From a virus (Duplodnaviria; Caudoviricetes): a DNA stretch of 64,000 nucleotides. How positions within the stretch are numbered: position 1 is the stretch's first letter; each line of letters opens with the position of its first letter. Shown here in pieces: positions 37,322 through 47,179 of this stretch. The translations under genes were made by a program, and so were the position numbers. The stretch is taken from the IMG/VR virus record IMGVR_UViG_3300014205_000172, positions 1-64,000 of that record; one strand, written 5' to 3'. Under the pieces are notes generated by a model. That model had not been told where the DNA came from. It searched no databases and saw only the letters and a list, made by a program, of their open reading frames with translations.

Positions 37322-38329
37322 ATGGCTAGTCGTTTGGCAGGAACCGTATTTCAAACCAATGGTCGTGAGGTCATGTTGGCCCAAGATGCCTATGGTATCT
37401 CCAACCAGCAAACCAAGAACACCGTATTCGATTCACTGAAAGGAGTTTATTCAGAAGGCATCTCTGGACTTCAGACAAACCCATCGTCTATCAAACAACT
37501 GACCGAGCTGATTCTGAGTTCTAAAAGCGGTAATGTTGACAAAGTAGATATGCTCGATAGAGCCCTTGGTGCCATGGGTTCGTCACTCCCTGCTTTGATT
37601 GGTAGTATCGCCGGTGGTGTTAAGAACCAACTGGCGGGTGCGGCAGGTTCTCTGATCGGACCAGGTGCTGAGAAGGCCGTAAATGTCATTTACGGAAATC
37701 TTGGAAAGATTATTAAAGTTGCAACTGTAAACGATCTCAGTGGTTTGGCTGATGTTCTTAACGAACTAACAGGTAACAGTGAGTTGATGAAGGTCATCAA
37801 CATCGAAGCGGAAGCTGCGGTGCTCGGTGGTCTGATGGGGATGTTGATTCAATATGACATCCCTGGTCTTCTGGATGACGTAGCCAACATGGCCGGTAGT
37901 TCAGAGTCTTTGAAGCTGGCTTACCAATATGTTTCTACGGATTCGATCGTTGGGACTGATCTTGCAACCATCAACCGCGTTATTGATAAGATTGGTCTGG
38001 CCGCCTATCTTGAAGTAAACCCAAATCCTATCAACACTATTTTGGCAGGGTTCTATTTCGGTACAAGCGATACTGTCGATACGTATCCAACCAAGCGGGC
38101 ATTGCTGATCAGTACGCTGAATCGCATTGATCCTCATTGGGAGGAGTACAATCGTAATGGTGTCTACGTCAAGAACCTGAATGCATTTTCAGTCGCCAGC
38201 ACTGACGCTAAAACCTTGCTTAACTTGGCGGAGCCTGAATCGATCCTTTCAATGATCGCTCCATCGTTCTTAGCCTCTGGTGTATCAGAAGTCATCAAAG
38301 CGCTCTATCCTGACGCTTACGTTACCTGA
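37322..38329 (+). CDS. Conserved hypothetical / virion protein
   Basis: About 335 aa; RBS GAGGA; convergent with the gp182-like gene. Confidence 0.7.
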   Translation: MASRLAGTVFQTNGREVMLAQDAYGISNQQTKNTVFDSLKGVYSEGISGLQTNPSSIKQLTELILSSKSGNVDKVDMLDRALGAMGSSLPALIGSIAGGVKNQLAGAAGSLIGPGAEKAVNVIYGNLGKIIKVATVNDLSGLADVLNELTGNSELMKVINIEAEAAVLGGLMGMLIQYDIPGLLDDVANMAGSSESLKLAYQYVSTDSIVGTDLATINRVIDKIGLAAYLEVNPNPINTILAGFYFGTSDTVDTYPTKRALLISTLNRIDPHWEEYNRNGVYVKNLNAFSVASTDAKTLLNLAEPESILSMIAPSFLASGVSEVIKALYPDAYVT

Positions 38330-38331
38330 CA

Positions 38332-38366
38332 GCATAGAGCCCGGTCGCAATGACCGGGCTCTATGC
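38332..38366. terminator. Palindromic terminator between convergent genes
   Basis: GCATAGAGCCCGGTC-gcaat-GACCGGGCTCTATGC. Confidence 0.75.
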
Positions 38367-38368
38367 CG

Positions 38369-40369
38369 CTATGGTCTATCTGTAGGACGAGATACTGCTT
38401 TCACGATATCGCCGATCATGCCATTCATCAAACCACTCACAACACGGTCTGGAGACTTCCATTGGTTATATTGCGCTCGCGCCTTAGCCATATTCAACTG
38501 CCACTTGCGTGTGCTGTTAATCATGCTGTTAAGCGGTAAGCCACCCAAGGTCGCCATGTAGTCCGTGTATTTGTTATCTTCACTGTAGGTGGATTTAGAA
38601 AAAGCCGAAGCGACGTCAATAGCCGCACTGGCCGCCCCTGGTAGGTTGCCACCCGTCACCGTATTCTGAAGCTGTCCTCCAATTTCAGCAGCAGCCGTAA
38701 CAGCGCCTTGCAGACCACTGAACGCGGGGTTAATCGGCATGCTCATAATCGTAGACAAGTCCACAATCGTAACGTGCACGTCAATACCCAGTACGTGACC
38801 ACCTTGCTTCCAGCCCACGTCACCCACACCACGTTCGATTGTCAGTGATTCAACCATGCCTTCGCGGATCAACGTGTGACCTTGGTTAAACACTTCCAAC
38901 AGAGGAGGTCCATCGTAGGACGCCATACCCGTAGCACGAGGCAACGACATGGCCATGATACCACCCAGTGGAATGAACAAGTTCTTCAACCGAACCCAAT
39001 CATCACCAGCCCACGACCGCAGTGGGATAGTGAACGATGTTCTGTTCAAGTCAGCCGAAGATGATTCGTACATCTTTTGGATATCGGCAAAGGAGTTACC
39101 CGCCAATGCAACCAACCCTTCCAACTGAGCAGACTCAAGGATGCCTTTAGCGACGTTAGAGATCGCAGATACCGCAGCGCCCATGAAGCCCGCCACGTTA
39201 CCATCCGCCAAGTTAAACCGAGCCATCCGCGCTTTAGAACTCATGGCGTTGATTTCAGTCTTGATGGACGGTTCTGTGGTCTGGTTGTTAAACGAGTCAC
39301 TGTTGGTGGGTGTGAAGTTTACACGTAGGGTGACGAAGTCTGCACCCATGTGACGTTCCGACTGGAATGATTCACCAGCCTTTTCCCACCAGCCTTGGTC
39401 GTTATTCTCATCCGGATAGATTTCAGACTTTGACGAATTCTTCGCTTCGTACTTGCCGAGGAAGGCGCTATAGATGCGTTCGTAATCCGCCATCGATGCA
39501 CCTGGGTCATCAAGACTGATCAGTTGCGTATCAACGCTGTCGAAGACAATGCGGTTGAACTCATCGGCCCGTTTTGCAGGATCGCCCGTTAAGTTGTTCA
39601 GCGCATCATCCATCTTGTCCCGATACCGATTTGCAAGCCGCTGTGGTTTCGTCGACATGCGAAAGATATCAATCCCGCCATCGGTCATCACCACGCCGTC
39701 ATTAAGTACCCGGTTCATAGAACCGACATCAGCTTTATTCGGAATGGAACCTGGATCAAAATAACGTTTTTGCATGTCGTTTGTAAAGTGGGGGGATAAC
39801 CCCAAGTTCACAAACATGCCGTTTACAAAACCACTGTACGCCAACCAGTAGGAATACATGGCAGGTTTTAAGTAATAGTACTTCGATCGCGGCATACCGA
39901 CGAAGAACTTAAACATGCTACCAGCCAAAATAAACGGCTGCAAAGGAAGAGTGCCAATAAAGCCTGCAACCTTACCGATGTTAAACCACACATCCGGTGC
40001 TCGGCCTGTACGTGCCATCGAGCCAGCATGGATGTTGTAAAAGTTACCAAAGAAGTTAGTCAGTGAGTTAAACTGAGGTACGCCACAACGGATGTGAACC
40101 AGCTGGGAGTTATCGTCAAGGATCTCACTATACCACCGACCCATGGGTTCGGATCGGGAAAAAATGGAGGGATGGCTGATGTCACAGTTCTCTGTGAATT
40201 GTGACAGAGGGTTTATAGCCCAATGACCACCCAACGTTGTATCAATAAATTTTCTGGACGATGATGTCCGGAACCTTCGGTTGTTATCCACCGAGTCAGA
40301 CAATGAACTAGGGGGTGCTAAAAAGGCGTGGCCCGCCCAACTTTTGTCTAGCACGTATTGACGCGCCAT
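38369..40369 (-). CDS. Virion structural protein (phiKZ gp182-like tail/baseplate hub)
   Basis: KFIDTTLGG..AINP..QFT...DI, MGRWYSE..DDN.Q..H.R.GVPQFNSL; directly downstream of the tape measure; start MARQY after GGAG. Confidence 0.7.
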   Translation of the reverse strand: MARQYVLDKSWAGHAFLAPPSSLSDSVDNNRRFRTSSSRKFIDTTLGGHWAINPLSQFTENCDISHPSIFSRSEPMGRWYSEILDDNSQLVHIRCGVPQFNSLTNFFGNFYNIHAGSMARTGRAPDVWFNIGKVAGFIGTLPLQPFILAGSMFKFFVGMPRSKYYYLKPAMYSYWLAYSGFVNGMFVNLGLSPHFTNDMQKRYFDPGSIPNKADVGSMNRVLNDGVVMTDGGIDIFRMSTKPQRLANRYRDKMDDALNNLTGDPAKRADEFNRIVFDSVDTQLISLDDPGASMADYERIYSAFLGKYEAKNSSKSEIYPDENNDQGWWEKAGESFQSERHMGADFVTLRVNFTPTNSDSFNNQTTEPSIKTEINAMSSKARMARFNLADGNVAGFMGAAVSAISNVAKGILESAQLEGLVALAGNSFADIQKMYESSSADLNRTSFTIPLRSWAGDDWVRLKNLFIPLGGIMAMSLPRATGMASYDGPPLLEVFNQGHTLIREGMVESLTIERGVGDVGWKQGGHVLGIDVHVTIVDLSTIMSMPINPAFSGLQGAVTAAAEIGGQLQNTVTGGNLPGAASAAIDVASAFSKSTYSEDNKYTDYMATLGGLPLNSMINSTRKWQLNMAKARAQYNQWKSPDRVVSGLMNGMIGDIVKAVSRPTDRP

Positions 40370-40427
40370 AGTGAACTCCTCTTGTGTTAAGCGAAAGAGG
40401 TGGGGGTGGTTTCCCACCCCCGTGTCC

Positions 40428-43400
40428 TCAGGTTACAGCCCCGGTACGTTTTGTGTTGATGGGCTCTTTACGAGCAGGTTCAAACTGGCTTGGCTCAGGA
40501 GCAGGCTTCCCAGACCCGGAATTTTTATTGATCATTTCAATCAACTGATTCCGAATGTCAAGGATGTTGGTGTCCATCGATTGCAGCGCCAACAACTGTT
40601 GCTGCATTAGAGCGTTAACGCCCTCTGCGGATTCAGCTTGCTGTTTGTAGTTCTTATCCACAGTGTCCTTTGCAACCGCCCGTGTGGCCGACTGCATTGG
40701 AGCGCTCTGTGGAGGAGCTTGAAACGAAGGCGCTGCTGTACCATTATCGAAATCACCCGCCGGTGTAGCTTGAGCTCCGCCAAATGCACCAGCCCCAGGA
40801 GCGGCACCATTTACCTCTGCCGCTACATCAGCCGGAACAGGGGCATTACTACTCGCAACCGGCATGGACGCCGCAGGACTACCGGACGCGCCGCCGTTTG
40901 CAGCCGCAGCCGCATCACTTGCAGCAACCGCCGCGCCAGCGGAGGTCGGACCACCAGCGTCTGAGCCATCACTGGCAGTCGCACCAGACGACATGATTGG
41001 CAATCCATTAGCATCGGTTTTAACGCCAATACCGCCCTGTGGTCCTTTTTCTGCACCAATACCGGCTTTCTTACGACCGATCTGGATACGACGTTGGAGT
41101 TCCTGCTTGACCTCGCCCACGGTCCTCATCCGTCCTTTATCCATAAAGACGGATTCGTTGTTTCTGATCGCGGCTTCGCTAACGTACCCAGCTGCGGATT
41201 CGTTATTAGGTGCTGGCAAGAATCGCTTCGCACCGCCAAGACCCAAGAAGTGAGCTGCGTAAAGGTCGACATCGCTGACGTTACCGCCAAGCATGCCAGT
41301 GAGCCCTTCGTAGTTCTCTTTCAGGTAGCACGCACCCAAGATGGCGTTAGCACGAGGATCGGACGGCGGGGTGTTTGGAGCAATGCCGTACGTATCGCCG
41401 TATTTGGTCAGCATGTCGCTCCAGGTACCTGACACGAATTGGAACAAACCAAACGCGATACCTGAGGAAGCAGTAGGGTCCATCCCGGATTCTACCGCTG
41501 CGACGTTGAGTGCAATCTCCGGATCGAAGCCAACCATGTTAGCCGCTTGAGTAATGATCGGCCCCATGGCTTCCACACCTTTGCCGGTGTTATTAGGAAG
41601 CGAGTTGATATCGCCACCTGTACCACCACCTGGGTGTTTCACCTGCGTCCCTGTCGGACCATTCATCAACATGGCACCGGTGCCATAACCAATCGATTGA
41701 CCTTTAGCCCCACCCGCTACCGCACCTTGACCATAGATCTTAGCGTAGTTACCGAGAGTAGGACCTGACTGGTTTACCCCGGAACCTGAGGCGTTTGCAC
41801 GCTGGTTACCGAGCGCTGTGTTAGTCAGCGTTTTACCGTAGTCGTTAGGGTCTTGGTTCTTCTGAGCTTCCATCCCTTTGACGTCGAGTACTTTAGCGGT
41901 GTCTTCCCTGTCCAACGCATCGATGTAAGCTTTAGTAGCACCTGCCATCGATTCAAGCATCTCACCCGGCCATGGCGTGTTACCCACTTTCCAGACTGTG
42001 GTTTCACCCATCGGCGTGTCAACAACCGTGCGGGTCATTTCATCCAGCACTTGACGCATCGCCGGTCCGGTCAAGTTTCTCGCAGCATCTTTAGCGTCAC
42101 CGTTATAACGACGGCGTACAGAGATGGCATATTGCAGGAAAGCGGGAAGGAAACGGAACCTCACCCACTTCTGCACGTCGGCACGCTCGTTTTCATTAGA
42201 CGGCTTGAAGATGTCGATTACTCGGGCTTCAAGGTCATCCGTATTACCATTGAGCATTGCCTTACTGGTCCCCATGTAGGTGAGGACAGGCCAGTAGATC
42301 TCTTCCACTTTCTGAAGCTGGATACACTTGGAAAGTTTCATCTCCTTTATACCGTACGTGATGTAACGCACAGCAGTTGGGATATCGAGACTTGTCTGGA
42401 TGTTAGCTGCAGATGCGACCCCAGCGGTACCCATTGACATACGGCCGGTACGTAAGGTTTGCTTAATAATCAAACCGCGAGCGATCTGATTAGCGTCCCC
42501 TGTACCACCTGGCGTAACCGCAACTGTTGCAGCTTGGATCACACCGGCTGGGTTACCTAGGTTAACGGCCATATCCGTTCTGGCCTTTTTCTCATCGTTA
42601 GCGACCTTACGTTTAGCCTTCACCATTTTGACAGCGCTGTCGACATCATCCGCGTCTTCAGTCAAATCGCCATCAAATGGAGAGGTTGCCAAGTCGTTAT
42701 ACGTGGACTGCATGCCAGTGGCGTCAACAATACCAAGGAAGACATCCAGATCACTGTCACCTATACCTGTGTCGACGCTGCTGAGATCCGTAGTTTTACG
42801 GATTCTCAGCATGGCTGCGCAGTGAGCCAAGTAGACGGGTTTGAAGCGGTTCTGAATCCAGCTGAAGAGTTTATTCCTTCTCCCTTCATCTGTCGCGTCA
42901 AAGAGCTCAAGAATAGAGTTCAGTTCCATCTTGCTTGGATCAAGCTGTGGGTTACCATTACTGTCTACAACCGTACCTCGTCTCACGTTCCCTTCCAGCT
43001 GGACCATGGCGTTGACACGTTTTTCATCAGTTGGGTTAACACCGTACTGTGTCATCCGAAGATAGATCAGCGGGTATTCTTTAGCCTGCTCTGATTTGTA
43101 GTACTTGTAACCACCATACGCAACCGCACCTACAGCAAGCGCACCAATTGCCACAGGTGCTGTCAGAAGACTAGCAAGTCCAACAGCCGCCTCGGTAATA
43201 AATGGAGCCGCTACAGTGGCCGCACCCCACGCACCACGACCTAACCAACTACCTGCTTTAAGCAGTGAGGCACCGCCCGGCACCTTCCGCATCAAGCCAC
43301 CAGCTTTTCCTTTAAGCCATCCACCGGCCCTAGCAAGCTTCCCTACTTTACCAGCCTTGCCGGCTTTTCCTTTACCACCTTTACCGGCATCTGCGATATC

Positions 43401-46400
43401 CGCAATGTCACCGGCGTTTTCCAGCATACTGCTTTCGCCAGCTTCTTCAGTCGTCTCTCTGAGCTCTTCCAATTTCTCATCGAGATTCTTGTTCATCTTC
43501 TTGATAGCATCAACAATACTCTCAGCACCTTCCATAGCGCCTGCGCCTACAGCTCCGGCTTTTGCAGCCAGTTTTTCCTTACGGCGTTTGATGATGTCTT
43601 GCCATGACCAATCGCGAGTACCGTCACCATCGTTATCGCCGTGGACGCCTTCCTGGTCCCAACGGGATTTCATGAACTCAAGAATTTGAATCTGCGTCTG
43701 AAGCTGATGGCTACCAATTTCTACAGCGGCCAGTGACATTTCGTCATCAAGCATCCCAACGGCACCGTTCTTAAAACGACCCATTACGAAATTCTTAATG
43801 CCGCGGCCAATACCACCGACCATTTTAGCGATTCCTTTATAGAACCCTATGGCCTTTTGACCGTACCACTTAGCCGCCTTACCTGCCATGATCGCAGTAC
43901 GTGCCGACATGCTGATCAGCCCACTGCCAACGGTGTACAGCAACGACCCATTGACGGTGTAAAACGATTTGTACTTATCGATCTCATCCTGAGAAACGAT
44001 TTCCTTACGGTTACCCTCACTGTCCATCTCGTAGACTGGACCTTTAATATCCTTAAGGGTTGTGATCACAGCGCCATCGGCGGTACGATAAGCCCCTTTC
44101 TTCATGAGGACAGAACGGATGCGGGGCTCCGTGTCGCCTGGCAGATATGCGTCGAACTGCGTGAACTGGTCAAGTATTACGCGTGCGACTGTTTTACCTA
44201 CCTTCCACATCGTGCCATAAGTGCCGCTGATGTAAGCTTTTGCACCGCGGGCTAACAGACCACCCGCCGAAAGACCGAGGTGTGAGAAATAACCAGCCAG
44301 GGATTCACCAGTACCGCTATACAAGCCACCATCGATGTCCTCCTGTGTCAGCACTACCTCATTGGTCCGAACGTCCTTAACGGGACCTGTGATGTCTTTA
44401 AGCTTAGTGATCACCTTCTTGCTGTCGATATCAAAGTAATAACCTTTGCGGATATCGCGGGCCAGCATGATTGGGATATCGTCCCCGGCTTTGTGGATAT
44501 CACTGACGCCAAAACCATCCAGAGCTTTGAATGGGAACTTAGCCGCACCCCAAGCGGCTTTAGCCGCCGCACTACTACCGCCAAAAATCGCACCGTAGCT
44601 AAACTTCAGATACTTACCAAGCATACCCCCTGCTTTAAAGAGAGTATTCTTAGCAACGCGGGCGGTGCCACCGGCACCTTCACGGATACTCGCATCGTAC
44701 CAACGACGCTTGATTTCAGCGATCTGTTCAGCGATGGCATCGTCCATGCTGCCACCACCTCCGGCATCTGGAGCACCATCGGGACCTGGTGCTCCACCAC
44801 CGCCACTGCCACCGCCTTTACTACCGGCGTTAGGGATCAGCTGAGCGATCAGTTCCAGCAACTGACTACTCTGTCCACTCAGTCCAATGATGGCGTCCAA
44901 GCGGGAATGAGTACCGTCGTCCTTCACATTTAGGATTTCGGGCCACTCGATTTGAACAGCCGGTGCTCCGCTGGTAGGTCCTGAAGGTTTACCGACAATA
45001 GACCGACCGAGGTTACGGGTGAGTGGTTGGTTGAAGACATCAAGACCGTTGTTGTTAGCGCCGGTGCGAAGCTTCTCTTCCTCATCCGCAAGTTTTTTCT
45101 TTTTAGCCACCATCAGCACACGCCATTGTTCTGGCGTCATGGCTTTCTTAAGCTTCTCTTCATCCTTGGGGTCAAAGGTATCGGTGCTGTTAAGGATGAG
45201 ATCATAAACCTTATCAAGGTCGATAACGTCACCGCTGCCATTGAATCGGCTCAGACCCAGCTCACGCCAAGTCCTGCGACCAACCACACCAGACAACTTA
45301 TCCATCCGTGTACCAAACTCTGGCAAACGTGATTGGATTTCAGAAAACCGATCGCTTACATCGAGGCGATGTTTTTTGATTTCCTGAGACTGATCCATCT
45401 GATCGCCAGACGGGGACAGTCCAAACTTATCGGCGAAGAACTCGATCAGTTCATTGGCAATCTCTTCGGGCTCGTTCTTCCACGTTTCGATTTTAACGTA
45501 ACGGGCTGGTACGAACCGGTGTGCGTTAGCCATGTCTTTCATCAAGGCACGGCGTAAAGCTTTCTTCGCATCCAGCGAAAGATCACTTGCACCCATCTGA
45601 CGAAGCAGACCATCAACACTTTGACGAAGTGCGTCACCACCGCCTTCCAACAGAGCGTTTTTGACGTGCTGTTGATTCAGAGTTGACCGGTTAACAAAAC
45701 CGCCAGAGTAGTGACTGTACGCAACCTCTTCATGGTCCTCGCCTGTCACCAACACTTTCAAAGACCTGTCCATGCTAGCCATGAGACCAGGCATGATGTC
45801 AGTCACGGACTTGTAAAACAGATTGTCCATGTATGCAGGTTTATCAAGATCGGTGATCGCTGTGCCTTTAATGGAACTTGTGGCCGAGTAGGTATCCAAC
45901 ATCCCTTTAAGCGATTCTTCGGCAAGCCCTACCCAGTTAGACCGAGTCCCTTCGGACTTGGCGTATTCATTCAACCGTTGTGGAATAGACGACAAGATAT
46001 CGCGTAGGGTGTTATCGCCCTTTGCCATGTGCTTGTTGTTTTTAATGTTTACGCCATAACGGTCGGACAGCAGACTGATCAGGTACTCAACACCTTGGGC
46101 TGCGGCTTGACCCGCAAACTGACCCAGCATGTCACCGACCATGTGGCTCTTAGACATGCCAGGCATGTCCATGTCCTTAAACATACTGAACGCGTTTAGA
46201 CCGGCCCCTAATGCATTGCTGGCGTTATCCCTCATGCCGCCAAAGTACTTGGTGGTGAAGTTGTTTACAGAATCAATAGCACCACTGGCGAGTTTAGTCG
46301 ACAGTTGTTGCTTTAATACCTCGCCGTGTGTCATCTTGGCGAAGTCAGGTAGTGCTGTGTTCTCAAGGATCTTTTCAAACTGCTGCTGGCTTTTGGAGAA

Positions 46401-47114
46401 GTGTTCTCTTTGCAGAGCAAACATCTTCATGTTAACGTCGAGCTGACGGTAACCAATTTCCAGATTCTTCTGATGGTATTTGATCAGGACGTTATCCTGA
46501 TACCCTACCAAACGGCCAATGTCCCGACCGATAGACGTTTGGACACGCATGTCCAGTTCAAAACGTTTCTGATCACGGATATCACGAGCAGCACCAGCGT
46601 ACGTGTCCTGCATTCGTTCCGCAGCTTGGGTTTTGAACATAGCGCCCAAACCCGACAGGTTACCGTCCAATTCGCTGGGCGAAGAACCGCTGTATGAAGA
46701 ACCCGCATCAGAATCTTGAATGGCGTCTCGTGCACTTTTAGGCAAAAACGCCATGAGCAGGCTTTTATCTTTATCGGCTCCGGCCTTAAGCTTTCTAAGG
46801 TATGGATCAAGCTCCGCCTTGTTGTCTTTCAAAATGCTGCCAATGCCACGATCCACGGCATCGTATGTATTGAGGGCCTGAGTGTATCCCTTCGGAAGTA
46901 CTCCGGACAGCATCCGCCGCACAAAACCGCGGTCGATGAGTCTGTCTTTAGATGTCTTTAAAAAACTTTCCGCCCCCGCATGAAAAGGCGTACGGGTACC
47001 TTTTTTCTTTGACTTCCCCGCTCCGTAGCCAAAGGCGTCGAAATCCATGTCTCCAAAGTCGAGCTCATCGAAGTCTGGTGGCTTGGGGAGGTCATGGTCA
47101 TCTTTTTTAGCCAT
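40428..47114 (-). CDS. Tape-measure protein with C-terminal lytic transglycosylase (phiKZ gp181-like)
   Basis: 2228 aa, largely helical, TM-like segment; SLT motifs AAVESG.DP.A...AFGLFQFVSGTW, NAILGA.YL, Y.AHFLG.GGA. Confidence 0.85.
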   Translation of the reverse strand: MAKKDDHDLPKPPDFDELDFGDMDFDAFGYGAGKSKKKGTRTPFHAGAESFLKTSKDRLIDRGFVRRMLSGVLPKGYTQALNTYDAVDRGIGSILKDNKAELDPYLRKLKAGADKDKSLLMAFLPKSARDAIQDSDAGSSYSGSSPSELDGNLSGLGAMFKTQAAERMQDTYAGAARDIRDQKRFELDMRVQTSIGRDIGRLVGYQDNVLIKYHQKNLEIGYRQLDVNMKMFALQREHFSKSQQQFEKILENTALPDFAKMTHGEVLKQQLSTKLASGAIDSVNNFTTKYFGGMRDNASNALGAGLNAFSMFKDMDMPGMSKSHMVGDMLGQFAGQAAAQGVEYLISLLSDRYGVNIKNNKHMAKGDNTLRDILSSIPQRLNEYAKSEGTRSNWVGLAEESLKGMLDTYSATSSIKGTAITDLDKPAYMDNLFYKSVTDIMPGLMASMDRSLKVLVTGEDHEEVAYSHYSGGFVNRSTLNQQHVKNALLEGGGDALRQSVDGLLRQMGASDLSLDAKKALRRALMKDMANAHRFVPARYVKIETWKNEPEEIANELIEFFADKFGLSPSGDQMDQSQEIKKHRLDVSDRFSEIQSRLPEFGTRMDKLSGVVGRRTWRELGLSRFNGSGDVIDLDKVYDLILNSTDTFDPKDEEKLKKAMTPEQWRVLMVAKKKKLADEEEKLRTGANNNGLDVFNQPLTRNLGRSIVGKPSGPTSGAPAVQIEWPEILNVKDDGTHSRLDAIIGLSGQSSQLLELIAQLIPNAGSKGGGSGGGGAPGPDGAPDAGGGGSMDDAIAEQIAEIKRRWYDASIREGAGGTARVAKNTLFKAGGMLGKYLKFSYGAIFGGSSAAAKAAWGAAKFPFKALDGFGVSDIHKAGDDIPIMLARDIRKGYYFDIDSKKVITKLKDITGPVKDVRTNEVVLTQEDIDGGLYSGTGESLAGYFSHLGLSAGGLLARGAKAYISGTYGTMWKVGKTVARVILDQFTQFDAYLPGDTEPRIRSVLMKKGAYRTADGAVITTLKDIKGPVYEMDSEGNRKEIVSQDEIDKYKSFYTVNGSLLYTVGSGLISMSARTAIMAGKAAKWYGQKAIGFYKGIAKMVGGIGRGIKNFVMGRFKNGAVGMLDDEMSLAAVEIGSHQLQTQIQILEFMKSRWDQEGVHGDNDGDGTRDWSWQDIIKRRKEKLAAKAGAVGAGAMEGAESIVDAIKKMNKNLDEKLEELRETTEEAGESSMLENAGDIADIADAGKGGKGKAGKAGKVGKLARAGGWLKGKAGGLMRKVPGGASLLKAGSWLGRGAWGAATVAAPFITEAAVGLASLLTAPVAIGALAVGAVAYGGYKYYKSEQAKEYPLIYLRMTQYGVNPTDEKRVNAMVQLEGNVRRGTVVDSNGNPQLDPSKMELNSILELFDATDEGRRNKLFSWIQNRFKPVYLAHCAAMLRIRKTTDLSSVDTGIGDSDLDVFLGIVDATGMQSTYNDLATSPFDGDLTEDADDVDSAVKMVKAKRKVANDEKKARTDMAVNLGNPAGVIQAATVAVTPGGTGDANQIARGLIIKQTLRTGRMSMGTAGVASAANIQTSLDIPTAVRYITYGIKEMKLSKCIQLQKVEEIYWPVLTYMGTSKAMLNGNTDDLEARVIDIFKPSNENERADVQKWVRFRFLPAFLQYAISVRRRYNGDAKDAARNLTGPAMRQVLDEMTRTVVDTPMGETTVWKVGNTPWPGEMLESMAGATKAYIDALDREDTAKVLDVKGMEAQKNQDPNDYGKTLTNTALGNQRANASGSGVNQSGPTLGNYAKIYGQGAVAGGAKGQSIGYGTGAMLMNGPTGTQVKHPGGGTGGDINSLPNNTGKGVEAMGPIITQAANMVGFDPEIALNVAAVESGMDPTASSGIAFGLFQFVSGTWSDMLTKYGDTYGIAPNTPPSDPRANAILGACYLKENYEGLTGMLGGNVSDVDLYAAHFLGLGGAKRFLPAPNNESAAGYVSEAAIRNNESVFMDKGRMRTVGEVKQELQRRIQIGRKKAGIGAEKGPQGGIGVKTDANGLPIMSSGATASDGSDAGGPTSAGAAVAASDAAAAANGGASGSPAASMPVASSNAPVPADVAAEVNGAAPGAGAFGGAQATPAGDFDNGTAAPSFQAPPQSAPMQSATRAVAKDTVDKNYKQQAESAEGVNALMQQQLLALQSMDTNILDIRNQLIEMINKNSGSGKPAPEPSQFEPARKEPINTKRTGAVT

Positions 47115-47179
47115 TACGTCTCACTCAACATAAAGGGTGGCTATATGGGTCATACCACTTCGACACAGGGACATTGTCC

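Noticed and set aside
43300-43400. GK-rich repeat (GKGGKGKAGKAGKVGK) in the tape measure
   Set aside because: Low-complexity linker typical of tape-measure proteins, not a separate element
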